Source: a virus (lineage: Duplodnaviria > Caudoviricetes). From it: a stretch of DNA of 52,784 nucleotides. Position 1 is the first letter of the stretch. Every line of letters begins with the position of its first letter. Shown here one piece after another: positions 19,268 to 28,284 of the stretch. A program made the translations under genes and the position numbers. The DNA lies in the IMG/VR virus record IMGVR_UViG_3300024258_000612, positions 1-52,784 of that record. The stretch is one strand, 5' to 3'. The notes below the pieces were generated by a model that worked only from the letters and a program-made list of their open reading frames with translations, did no database searches and was not told the DNA's origin.

Positions 19268-19647
19268 TGGAAAAGACAACAGCAAATAAAGCGGCAGCTA
19301 TGGTTAAGAGGTTCCCTCTTGTACACGTAGTATGGCATAAAAAAGATTGCCCTGTATGTGAGCATTTTATCCCAGACTTGGAAGAATTGTCTGAACTTCT
19401 ACCTAATTGGAGATTCTTCAAGGTAGACGCAGATGAACATAAAGAGCTTACAGAAACTGTACTATGGGAGCCAACAGCGTTCCCTATCTCCTATCTATTT
19501 GTAGAAGGGCAGAGAAAGTTTGTAGCTATAGGAGCTGCCCCTATGGAGGCTATTTTAGATACTCATAACAGTATAGAGAACGGTACTTGGAAGACTCCAG
19601 AAGAAGTGGAACAGGAGCAAATTGATGCCAGTAGCGAACAAGAGTAA
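19267..19647 (+). CDS. Thioredoxin-fold protein
   Basis: WHKKDCPVC, FFKVDADE, cis-Pro region AFP. Confidence 0.8.
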   Translation: MEKTTANKAAAMVKRFPLVHVVWHKKDCPVCEHFIPDLEELSELLPNWRFFKVDADEHKELTETVLWEPTAFPISYLFVEGQRKFVAIGAAPMEAILDTHNSIENGTWKTPEEVEQEQIDASSEQE

Positions 19648-20101
19648 AGCTAAAGGTACTAGGGCCGAAGCAGCAGCCTGCGTAGTTCTTAGAAAATACA
19701 CAGGCTGGAACTGGGAGAGAATACCTCTTTCGGGTGCCTTGGATGCTAAACACGGCTTGAAAGGGGATATATACATCCCTAAAGAATTGATGAAATACTC
19801 AGTTGAGATAAAGCATTACAAAGATGACCACCTAACCAGTAAGATGTTGACGGGTAAAACCCCTCAAATACAGGAGTGGTGGAACCAAACATTAAGAGAG
19901 CAAGAAGAGAATGAAGTAGAAAACCCTTTACTAATATTTAAATTTGATAGAAGCAAGTGGTTTTGTGCCTTCCTAGAAGAGCCTGTAAACGACTACCGTC
20001 ACTTTTACTATTCAGAGGGGTACTACCTCGCTCTACTTGAAGATTATTTAACAGACAGAACAAAAGAGGATTGGGTATGGCAAAGAGTTTCAAGGAAATA
20101 A
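19625..20101 (+). CDS. D14: Holliday junction resolvase-like nuclease (T5 D14)
   Basis: SKAKG.RAE, RIPLSGA, GDI, VEIK. Confidence 0.88.
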   Translation: MPVANKSKAKGTRAEAAACVVLRKYTGWNWERIPLSGALDAKHGLKGDIYIPKELMKYSVEIKHYKDDHLTSKMLTGKTPQIQEWWNQTLREQEENEVENPLLIFKFDRSKWFCAFLEEPVNDYRHFYYSEGYYLALLEDYLTDRTKEDWVWQRVSRK

Positions 20102-20901
20102 TAGCGGGGGATGACGATACCATCCTGGTTCTAGACGCTTTAAATTTAGCATTTAGATATAAACACCAGAAAAAACGTCACTATGCAGAGGACTACCTAA
20201 ACACAGTACACTCCTTAGCACATTCGTATAAAGCAAGTGAAGTAATTATAGTGTGTGATAAAGGCTCTTCTTCATACAGAAAAGCTATTCTACCCGATTA
20301 TAAGGGTAATCGTAAGGCAAAGTATGAGAAGCAGACAGAACAAGAAGCAGCAGAGTTTGCACTATTTCTAGAAGACTTCGAAGAGACTGTGAAGTTACTA
20401 GAGCAACACTTTAAAGTATTTAGGTATCAAGGAGTGGAGGCAGACGATATAGCCGCGTATATTACTCAAGTATCTAATAAAAAGATATGGCTAATATCTT
20501 CTGATAAGGACTGGGATTTACTAATAAATGATAAGGTAAGTAGGTTTTCATATGTGACTAGAAAAGAAATAACAAAGGAGAATTGGAATGAGCATTACGA
20601 TGTTACAATTGATGATTATATTAGTTTTAAGTGCCTCACTGGGGATGCTGGCGACAACGTTCCTGGGGTCAAAGGGGTGGGGCCTAAACGTGCCGTCGGT
20701 CTTATTGAGCAGTATGGTTCTGCTTTTGACATTGCTGATGCTCTACCCTTGGATAGTAAATACAAGTTTATTCAATCCTTGAACGACTTTGGAGCGGAAG
20801 CTATCTACAAGAATTACGAGTTAATGGACTTGCTAACTTATAGTGCTGAAGCAATCGGAGCCGAGAATACTTTAGAAATCGATAGTTATTTCAAAAAATA
20901 G
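20077..20901 (+). CDS. D15: Flap endonuclease / 5'-3' exonuclease (T5 D15)
   Basis: DALNLAFR, YKGNR, GVEADD, SSDKD, GDAGDNVPGVKGVGPKRA. Confidence 0.95.
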   Translation: MAKSFKEIIAGDDDTILVLDALNLAFRYKHQKKRHYAEDYLNTVHSLAHSYKASEVIIVCDKGSSSYRKAILPDYKGNRKAKYEKQTEQEAAEFALFLEDFEETVKLLEQHFKVFRYQGVEADDIAAYITQVSNKKIWLISSDKDWDLLINDKVSRFSYVTRKEITKENWNEHYDVTIDDYISFKCLTGDAGDNVPGVKGVGPKRAVGLIEQYGSAFDIADALPLDSKYKFIQSLNDFGAEAIYKNYELMDLLTYSAEAIGAENTLEIDSYFKK

Positions 20902-20948
20902 TCCTTATAAAAATTTAGGTAAATGACTTACACCAATAGGCGATTATA

Positions 20949-21728
20949 ATGAGTAAAACAATAAGAAAAAAGAACTACCCACTTGACACGATTGGAATTA
21001 TCGGATACGGTATGGTGGGTAAGGCCGTGGAGTACGGGTTCCCAAACTGTAAACATTTAATATCGGATCCGGCGTATAACAATACGTCTGCTACCGATGT
21101 ATGCAACGGTAGACCTTCAGTTATTTTTATTGCTGTTCCTACCCTTACCGATGACAAAGGTAAGATCGAACATCAGATATTAGATAATACTTTAGATGAG
21201 GTGGAAGCCTCTGGTTACACGGGTTTAGTAGTAGTTAAGTCAACTATTCTACCACACTTCCTAGAAAATAGGGGCATAGTATATAACCCAGAGTTTTTAT
21301 CTAGAGCCACTTCCTTTAACGATTTCGTAAACCCTCCTATGTTAATTCTAGGAGGCGACCGTTCTAAAGAAGTGTTGGATCTGTACAAACTTAATTCTAA
21401 TGTACTAACGGATAAAGTATTTTTAACGGATGTTAAGACTGCTGCATTTGCAAAGTATGCTATGAACACTTTCTATGCTACTAAGATTACGTTTATGAAT
21501 GAGCTGTACCACGCTTTTGATGGAGACTGGGAAGAGTTAACGAGTATCTTAAAGGAGCACCCTTGGATGGGATCTCATCACTTTGAGGTACCTGGGCCTG
21601 ATGGAAGCTTCGGCTTTGGAGGCCCTTGCTTTCCTAAAGACACTAAAGCGCTGGCTACGGAATATAACATGGAATTATTAAATAAGGTACTAGAGTTAAA
21701 TGATAAGTATACTAATATTAACACATAA
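20949..21728 (+). CDS. ugd: UDP-glucose/GDP-mannose dehydrogenase family protein lacking the C-terminal domain
   Basis: GYGMVG, KSTI, YNPEFL, KYAMNTFYATKITFMNE, catalytic GFGGPCFPKD. Confidence 0.88.
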   Translation: MSKTIRKKNYPLDTIGIIGYGMVGKAVEYGFPNCKHLISDPAYNNTSATDVCNGRPSVIFIAVPTLTDDKGKIEHQILDNTLDEVEASGYTGLVVVKSTILPHFLENRGIVYNPEFLSRATSFNDFVNPPMLILGGDRSKEVLDLYKLNSNVLTDKVFLTDVKTAAFAKYAMNTFYATKITFMNELYHAFDGDWEELTSILKEHPWMGSHHFEVPGPDGSFGFGGPCFPKDTKALATEYNMELLNKVLELNDKYTNINT

Positions 21729-23160
21729 TAGGCCCAAACTATTCACAAGAGCAATACGAAGTATTCTAGACAACTTACCGGAGTACCCTGTAGAGATACT
21801 AGTGAATAACGACTCGAAAGACATAGAGGAAATAGAGGGGGCGACTTACTACTACGAGAAGCATGAGGACTTGTCGGATACGTATAAGTTCCTCTTAGAC
21901 AAAGCTACTCAAGAGCACGTATACTTCTTAGAGGACGACGACTATATAACCCCTAAGTTCTTCCACAAAATAGACTTTAGTTATAATATTAACTTCCTAA
22001 ACTATAGGCATGAAGACATTAATGAGTGTATAGATAGGTCTAAAAGAGAGTTTGCAGTAGAGGAGGAAGACTTCCAACTAGGGCAAATAATGTTTAAAAA
22101 GTCTTTAGTAAAAGAATTTCCTAAAGGTAATAATTTGGAGAACGATTGGGCACTGTTCCAATCTTTAGACCAGAGTAGTATGAAACTAATAAAAGACATA
22201 ACGTGGGTTCAGACTACTGATGGGAAAGATAATTTAAGTTTTCCTTCCTTAAATAAGGACACACGGTTCTTAGATGTAGTATCTAGTGGTAGTAGAGACT
22301 TTAGTACCTTATACTTTTCTTGGTTCTTAACCAGTTGGTGTAATTATAGTTGTTCCTATTGTTCCGTGGCCAGGGTATTGGACGACACACTTGACAAAAC
22401 CACAGCCTATAGCAGCTATGAACTAGTCATAAGGAAGCTACGTTTCGTAGAGAGCCCCTTTGTAATTGAGCTGCTAGGAGGGGAGCCTTCCATACATAAA
22501 GACATACTTAAGATACTTAAGATGCTTAATAATATAAGTAGCTGTAAACAGATTGAGTTTATAACAAACTTGTCGAGGTCCTACGAATTTTATGCTAAGC
22601 TAGACAGCGAGGAGTATGATAAAGTTGAGCTAACTGCCTCTTACCATTATGAGCATCATACCCCCCACTTTAATGAGAAGTTACTTAAATTAAGTAAGCT
22701 AAAGGGTATAACTTTATCTGTAAGTGTAAATCTGCCTACAAACCCTAAGTACTGGGGGGAAACGAAGAAGCTAATAGACTTCCTAGAAGAGCATGACATC
22801 TTTATAATGATCAACTTTCTACATAGCACACTAGATTGGTCCTCTAATTACTCTTCTGAATTCTTTAAGCAGTTTAAGGAGTATTTTGAGGAAGAGAAAA
22901 TTGAGTTTGTATTCAAAGACGGGTCTAAAAGTTACTTGTACGAGGACGAGGTTATAGAGAAAAAGCTGAATAGATTTAAGGGGTATAACTGTATGTCTTT
23001 GTCTTATGATATCTACAAGGACGGGTCTATTAGACGCTCTTGTAATAATGATTTAATAAATCTAACTATGACTAACCTAAGGGAGCGTATAACCTGCCCA
23101 GTAGATACCTGTGACTGCTACACCCTACTGCAGTTCCATAAAGAGAGACCTAACCCATGA
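21700..23160 (+). CDS. GT2-like glycosyltransferase fused to a radical SAM domain
   Basis: N-terminal ISILILTHNRP, LVNND, FLEDDD; then CNYSCSYC, LGGEP and C-terminal CPVDTCDC. Confidence 0.85.
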   Translation: MISILILTHNRPKLFTRAIRSILDNLPEYPVEILVNNDSKDIEEIEGATYYYEKHEDLSDTYKFLLDKATQEHVYFLEDDDYITPKFFHKIDFSYNINFLNYRHEDINECIDRSKREFAVEEEDFQLGQIMFKKSLVKEFPKGNNLENDWALFQSLDQSSMKLIKDITWVQTTDGKDNLSFPSLNKDTRFLDVVSSGSRDFSTLYFSWFLTSWCNYSCSYCSVARVLDDTLDKTTAYSSYELVIRKLRFVESPFVIELLGGEPSIHKDILKILKMLNNISSCKQIEFITNLSRSYEFYAKLDSEEYDKVELTASYHYEHHTPHFNEKLLKLSKLKGITLSVSVNLPTNPKYWGETKKLIDFLEEHDIFIMINFLHSTLDWSSNYSSEFFKQFKEYFEEEKIEFVFKDGSKSYLYEDEVIEKKLNRFKGYNCMSLSYDIYKDGSIRRSCNNDLINLTMTNLRERITCPVDTCDCYTLLQFHKERPNP

Positions 23161-24098
23161 AAAAGCAATATGATGAGGCCCATAAAATACAAAGGCTGTA
23201 TATACATTGGGATGTAAGTACCCAATGTAGTCTTAAGTGTAGCTATTGCTACGCTTGGAAACAGTATGGGAAAGACTGGGGTAAACTTGCGGGATGGGCG
23301 TCTCAACAATTAGTAATACACGCACTAAGCAGAGCCTCCCTACCTATATTCCTAGGACTATTAGGAGGAGAGCCCACCGACCACCCTAAGTATCTAGAGT
23401 TGCTAGAAAAGGTAAGTACCGTTATTTCTAAGCATAAGGATAGTAGGTTATATATAACTACCAATGGTCTACAAGATAGGGACTTCTTTGAGGGACACCC
23501 TGTATACCCTAATACATACTTTCTATTTAGCTTTCATCCAGAGTATGAGAGTAAGTATGGGGAGGGGTTCAGTTTACTACTAGACAACATCAGAACCATA
23601 CAGGAAAAAGGTTTTAGAGTTAAAGTTAATGTGATGCTTCACCATAGAAAATTCTTTTGGAAAAAAACACAGACATTCGTAGATAAGTTAGAAGAGATAG
23701 GAGACTTGGAAATTCACCCCCATTTTCTGTACGAAGACGGAGATGTGCACAGCCTAGAAAGCTACACAGAAGGGTTCTTTGAGGAGTTTCGCAGATTTAA
23801 GAAATATCCTGGGTACTTAGTTTATGAAGATGAAGAAGGGGCTACCAAAGAAGTGCTTAATGACTATGAGGTTTTCTCTCAGGACAGAACAGACTTTAAA
23901 GGTTGGACTTGTTGGAATAACAATTATGAAATATCCTGGGAAGGTAAAGTTGCTAGGTTTTGTTTTGAGGAACACGCTGATCTAATTACTAACGTGAACT
24001 ACTTTAAAAATATAGAGTCTGTAATACCTAAAACATGTCCACACACCTCTTGCAACTGTGACGGGTTACTAAAAATATATAAAGAGAAACTAGAATGA
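23157..24098 (+). CDS. Radical SAM protein with twitch-like C-terminus
   Basis: CSLKCSYC, LGGEP, TTNG, CPHTSCNC. Confidence 0.9.
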   Translation: MKKQYDEAHKIQRLYIHWDVSTQCSLKCSYCYAWKQYGKDWGKLAGWASQQLVIHALSRASLPIFLGLLGGEPTDHPKYLELLEKVSTVISKHKDSRLYITTNGLQDRDFFEGHPVYPNTYFLFSFHPEYESKYGEGFSLLLDNIRTIQEKGFRVKVNVMLHHRKFFWKKTQTFVDKLEEIGDLEIHPHFLYEDGDVHSLESYTEGFFEEFRRFKKYPGYLVYEDEEGATKEVLNDYEVFSQDRTDFKGWTCWNNNYEISWEGKVARFCFEEHADLITNVNYFKNIESVIPKTCPHTSCNCDGLLKIYKEKLE

Positions 24099-25111
24099 TA
24101 ACAACAGCACAGAAAGGAACTATAAAGCCCTATCATACTTTCGAAGTAGTCAACCAACTAGAGTCCCCCGGAGTAGATGCCGACTATATGGTATTCTGGC
24201 GCATAACAGAGTCATGTAATTTAGATTGCGACTATTGTCATTGGTATGATAAAGGCGCTGCCCCCGAGACCTTTCAAGATCTAAAGACTATTGTTGATGA
24301 ACTATTCGAGTTCTTTAAGCATGAAAACATTAATAGTGTTTTATTCTACTACCATGGAGGCGAGCCGACTAGAATCTCGTTCCTAGATAAAATCATAGAC
24401 TACATAACTGAAACAGGAATAAAGCAGGGGTTGAAGATATTTAACGAACTTCAAACTAATCTAATATGTAATCAAAAGACTATAGCCAACTTGATACCCA
24501 AGGTAGACTTGTTAAATATATCTCCGCATTATTCACAATACATTGGCAAGCCTCAGCTTAAAGATGTATTTGAGAAGAACATGAAGTACATAATGGATAA
24601 CAATATATCAATACATAACTTTGATATTATGCTGGAAGACCTTAGTGAAGAGCACACTAAAAAGTTTAAAGTTTGGATATCAAAGTACCTCAAGTACGAG
24701 CACCTAATCAACTCTGAAATGATTTATAACTACTGGCGGGTAGATAATAACGCAGAGTTAAAAGACATATATAAAGAGTTCTATGATGAGTTCAATATTA
24801 CTAGGCAAACCTACCGGGTGGACGGGGTACTATACGATACTAATGAATTATTTGGTAAAGGACTAAATGCCGTGGGTATGAGGTGCGAGGCAGGTCAAAA
24901 GAGTATTATGTTACTTGGGAGCGGCAATGTATTTGTATGTGGTAGACCTATGACGGACTTTCTAAATAAGTTACCAGACTCTGACCCCTATACTAATATA
25001 CTAACGGATAAGCACGCTAAAACGAAGTTATCAGTGCTTTACAAATTTGGTACGGTATGTGATAGTGACGAGTGTGGGGGAGAGTATTACCTAAAGAAGG
25101 TTATAACATGA
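24095..25111 (+). CDS. Radical SAM protein with twitch-like C-terminus
   Basis: CNLDCDYC, HGGEP, LQTN, CEAG...GNVFVC...CDSDEC. Confidence 0.9.
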   Translation: MITTAQKGTIKPYHTFEVVNQLESPGVDADYMVFWRITESCNLDCDYCHWYDKGAAPETFQDLKTIVDELFEFFKHENINSVLFYYHGGEPTRISFLDKIIDYITETGIKQGLKIFNELQTNLICNQKTIANLIPKVDLLNISPHYSQYIGKPQLKDVFEKNMKYIMDNNISIHNFDIMLEDLSEEHTKKFKVWISKYLKYEHLINSEMIYNYWRVDNNAELKDIYKEFYDEFNITRQTYRVDGVLYDTNELFGKGLNAVGMRCEAGQKSIMLLGSGNVFVCGRPMTDFLNKLPDSDPYTNILTDKHAKTKLSVLYKFGTVCDSDECGGEYYLKKVIT

Positions 25112-25776
25112 AGAATATAGTAAAACAACTAATTGAGTATTCATACGCCAATAACTTAAGCCACATCCCTTCGGCTTTATCTATGCTATCGTATCTGGAG
25201 GAACTATTTGAGAAAAAGTTAGTCACTAAAGAGGACTTTATAGTTATTGGGAAGCCCTTTGGGTCCCAGGCTTACTATCTATTGTGGGAGAAGTATTGGG
25301 GGTTGAAAATAGAAGGGCTATCTGCAGGGGTTAAGCACGATGAAATAGACTTCGTTGATTATTCGGAGGAGACTATAGGCAATGCACTAGGTGTTGGGTG
25401 CGGTATAGCGATGACTACTGATAAACTAGTTTGGGTCAATATTACAGATGCTACTCTTCAGATGGGTAATACGTTAGAAGCTATTCAGTTTATAGGGCAA
25501 ATGCAGCTAAAGAATATTGCACTAACTATTGATTATAATAACTCACAAGTATTGGGGTCCACTAGTGATATTATAGATGTTGACCCTGTTATACAGATGT
25601 TTAAGGCGTACAACTGGCATGTTGAACACGACTTAAGTAATTTTGGAATGACCGTCCGACCCAGAGTATACGTACTAAAGACAACTAAAGGGGATGGAAT
25701 TCCTGTTATGGAAGACAATATTAAAGAATGGCATTATAAGGTACTAAATGAGAAAGACTTTAAACAAATTTATTAG
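25108..25776 (+). CDS. Transketolase-like N-terminal (ThDP-binding) subunit
   Basis: SHIPSALS, IGNALGVGCGIA, DATLQMGNTLEA, IDYNNSQ, TTKGDG, WHY. Confidence 0.85.
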   Translation: MKNIVKQLIEYSYANNLSHIPSALSMLSYLEELFEKKLVTKEDFIVIGKPFGSQAYYLLWEKYWGLKIEGLSAGVKHDEIDFVDYSEETIGNALGVGCGIAMTTDKLVWVNITDATLQMGNTLEAIQFIGQMQLKNIALTIDYNNSQVLGSTSDIIDVDPVIQMFKAYNWHVEHDLSNFGMTVRPRVYVLKTTKGDGIPVMEDNIKEWHYKVLNEKDFKQIY

Positions 25777-26212
25777 GCGTAACCCAGACATCATATTACT
25801 TCATTGTGATATGTGGGGGTTTGATTGCCCCTCTATAAACATGGGAATACAAGAACCTAATATGGTTAATGTAGCTGCAGGTCTGGCATCACAAGGTAAG
25901 AAAGTTGTTGTATACGGCGTTGCTGGCTTTGTGTTGTATAAAGCCTACGAACAAATGAAATTGAATGTCAAGGGCTGGGCTGAGAACTATGGTTCTATTG
26001 TATTTGTTAATGCGGGAAGAAATGGTTGTTACTCTGTATGTGGCAGAGGGCACTTAGTAGAAGATGACCAAGACTTATGTAAGGCTTTAGACTTAGACTT
26101 GTACACCCCAGAAACTAGAAAAGAATTTCTAAGGTGCGTTAAAGAAGGTCTACAAACTAAAGGCTCCAGATTTATTAGACTAGGTAATGATGGCGAAGTA
26201 TGGACAGAGTAG
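25748..26212 (+). CDS. Transketolase-like pyrimidine-binding subunit (short)
   Basis: INMGIQEPNMVNVAAGLASQG, KAYEQMK, FIRLG. Confidence 0.85.
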   Translation: MRKTLNKFIRRNPDIILLHCDMWGFDCPSINMGIQEPNMVNVAAGLASQGKKVVVYGVAGFVLYKAYEQMKLNVKGWAENYGSIVFVNAGRNGCYSVCGRGHLVEDDQDLCKALDLDLYTPETRKEFLRCVKEGLQTKGSRFIRLGNDGEVWTE

Positions 26213-26817
26213 TAGTTACTGGAGCTAGTGGATTTATAGGATCTCATCTGGTTGCCAACTTGAAAAAGCAGCATGAAGTTATAGAGGTGCAATACCCTTA
26301 CCCAGAGGTGAAAGATTGTACACGAGTGTATCATTTGGCTGCGCCGGCGACCACAGAGTTCATTACTCAAAACCCTTTACAGGTACTGGACTACATTGTA
26401 GCATGGACGAAATCTGCTATGAAAATAAACCCCGAAGCTCTCTTTATAAATATAAGCAGTATGGGAGCAGAAAACACAAGGGGTGAAGAAGAACAGGCTT
26501 GTTATAATACAGCAAAAAGATATATGGAGCTATATATTAAGTATTCTAATATAAGAGGGGTGAACTACAGGCTTCCTGCAGTGTATGGGGAGGGTATGCA
26601 CTCTGACTATTATATTAAGAGATGTATCGATGGAACCGCTACCGAGCCTATAGAAGACAAGGAATACTTTATTACTCATATAGATGAGGTAGTAGATGCT
26701 TTAGTAGCAGTAAGAAACTTACAAATAACAGAAACAACAATAAAGGAGATATATGAATTATTTACTACTGGGAGGCGCGGGATTCATTGGAACCCATTTA
26801 GCCAAGAATTTAATTGA
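26200..26817 (+). CDS. NAD-dependent epimerase/dehydratase (short)
   Basis: VTGASGFIGSHL, YHLAAP, YNTAK, VYG. Confidence 0.85.
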   Translation: MDRVVVTGASGFIGSHLVANLKKQHEVIEVQYPYPEVKDCTRVYHLAAPATTEFITQNPLQVLDYIVAWTKSAMKINPEALFINISSMGAENTRGEEEQACYNTAKRYMELYIKYSNIRGVNYRLPAVYGEGMHSDYYIKRCIDGTATEPIEDKEYFITHIDEVVDALVAVRNLQITETTIKEIYELFTTGRRGIHWNPFSQEFN

Positions 26818-27640
26818 AGAAGGACACAGCGTTACAATAGTAGACTCTCTGAGTACCTCAGAAGTACCAGACTACGGGGCAGTTTTCCTTAAAGGGGATG
26901 TATCCACAATGGATTTAAACGCTCAAATGGAAGAAGCTGATATAGTGTACTACCTAGCAGGTTCTGTAGGAGTGGAACATATTGACAAAAACCCTTCAAG
27001 TACTCTATTTAATAATATTAGTATAATGAGTAAGCTTATACCCTTATTTGAGAAACACCAAAAGAAAGTTATCTTTTCCTCCACTTCAGAAGTATACGGC
27101 GAAGGCCCTACGTTTAAAGAGAGTGACCACTTAAGTATTGGATCTCCTGATAAACTTAGATGGGGGTATGCATGTGCTAAACTTATGACAGAGTTCATGA
27201 TCAAGGCCTCTACGTTCCCTTCTGTCATTATTAGATTCTTTAATGTGGTAGGCCCGGGGCAGTCTGGAGAGTACGGAATGGTACTTCCTAGGTTTATTTC
27301 AGCAGTAAACACAGATAAGAGTATAGTAGTATACGGGGATGGTAAGCAAGTAAGATCGTTTTGCCACGTTAAAGATGCCGTAGTGGCCCTAAGACTTTTA
27401 GAGGGTGAAGAAGGTACGTATAATGTAGGAAATGACTCCCCTACTACTATAGTAGATTTAGCTATTAGTGTAATTCAAACTGCTAAAGTGAAGTGTAGAG
27501 TGGAGTTTAGAAAGTACGAACAGGACTTCTCAGACCAACACGGAGATATAATGAACAGAGTCCCCGATATAAGTAAACTAAGAAAGCTAGGGTATGAGCC
27601 CCAGTATAATTTAATGGATATAATTAAGGATATGTTATGA
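26753..27640 (+). CDS. NDP-sugar epimerase/dehydratase/decarboxylase (extended SDR)
   Basis: GGAGFIG, SSTSEVYG, YACAK, RFFNVVGP, GDGKQVRSFCHVKD. Confidence 0.92.
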   Translation: MNYLLLGGAGFIGTHLAKNLIEEGHSVTIVDSLSTSEVPDYGAVFLKGDVSTMDLNAQMEEADIVYYLAGSVGVEHIDKNPSSTLFNNISIMSKLIPLFEKHQKKVIFSSTSEVYGEGPTFKESDHLSIGSPDKLRWGYACAKLMTEFMIKASTFPSVIIRFFNVVGPGQSGEYGMVLPRFISAVNTDKSIVVYGDGKQVRSFCHVKDAVVALRLLEGEEGTYNVGNDSPTTIVDLAISVIQTAKVKCRVEFRKYEQDFSDQHGDIMNRVPDISKLRKLGYEPQYNLMDIIKDML

Positions 27641-28284
27641 AGATACTATTTATTTTTGCCCACCCAGATGATGAGGCGTATGGCCCAGCAGGAACAATAC
27701 ACAAACTAGCTAATGCAGGTCACAGTGTTACAGTGGTTTCTATGTGTAAAGGTGATCGCCCTGGGTCAGAAGAAGTATCTACAGGGCGAATGGCTGGATT
27801 TGAAAAGAGTTGTATGGCGCTAGGGGCGGCTCCAATCATATTCTTAGGCAGTGATTGCAAGTTAGAGTATTGTGACACTCTCAAACAGATTGAAGAAGTT
27901 GTTAATGATTTAGAACCTGAGGTTGTATACACCCATAGTATATCTGATATACACAAAGACCATAGGTTAGTTGCTGAATGTGTTATGGTAGCGACCAGAC
28001 CTAAACCAGGCTCTTCGATTAAAGAATTGTATATGTGTGAGCTACCGTCTTCTACCGACTGGGCGTTTGGCCAGCTAGGAGGGTCATTTGTACCTAATAC
28101 GTATGTAGATGTGAGTATGGAGATATATAAGAAACAGCAGGTGATGGGGTACTACACAACTGAGACGTACGATTACCCTGACGCTAGATCCATTGAAAGT
28201 ATGGAAAGTTTAGCTATGTACCGAGGTAAGCAAGTTGGTATGCACAGAGCGGAAGCTTTCAAACAAATTTTCAAACTAGTCTAA
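27637..28284 (+). CDS. PIG-L/LmbE-family de-N-acetylase
   Basis: AHPDDE, HKDH, PNTYVDVS, AEAF. Confidence 0.92.
   Translation: MKILFIFAHPDDEAYGPAGTIHKLANAGHSVTVVSMCKGDRPGSEEVSTGRMAGFEKSCMALGAAPIIFLGSDCKLEYCDTLKQIEEVVNDLEPEVVYTHSISDIHKDHRLVAECVMVATRPKPGSSIKELYMCELPSSTDWAFGQLGGSFVPNTYVDVSMEIYKKQQVMGYYTTETYDYPDARSIESMESLAMYRGKQVGMHRAEAFKQIFKLV

Noticed and set aside
862-27956. Minus-strand ORFs such as 18502-19251, 10968-11393 and 14383-14805
   Set aside because: They lie antisense to well-supported genes and have no recognisable features.
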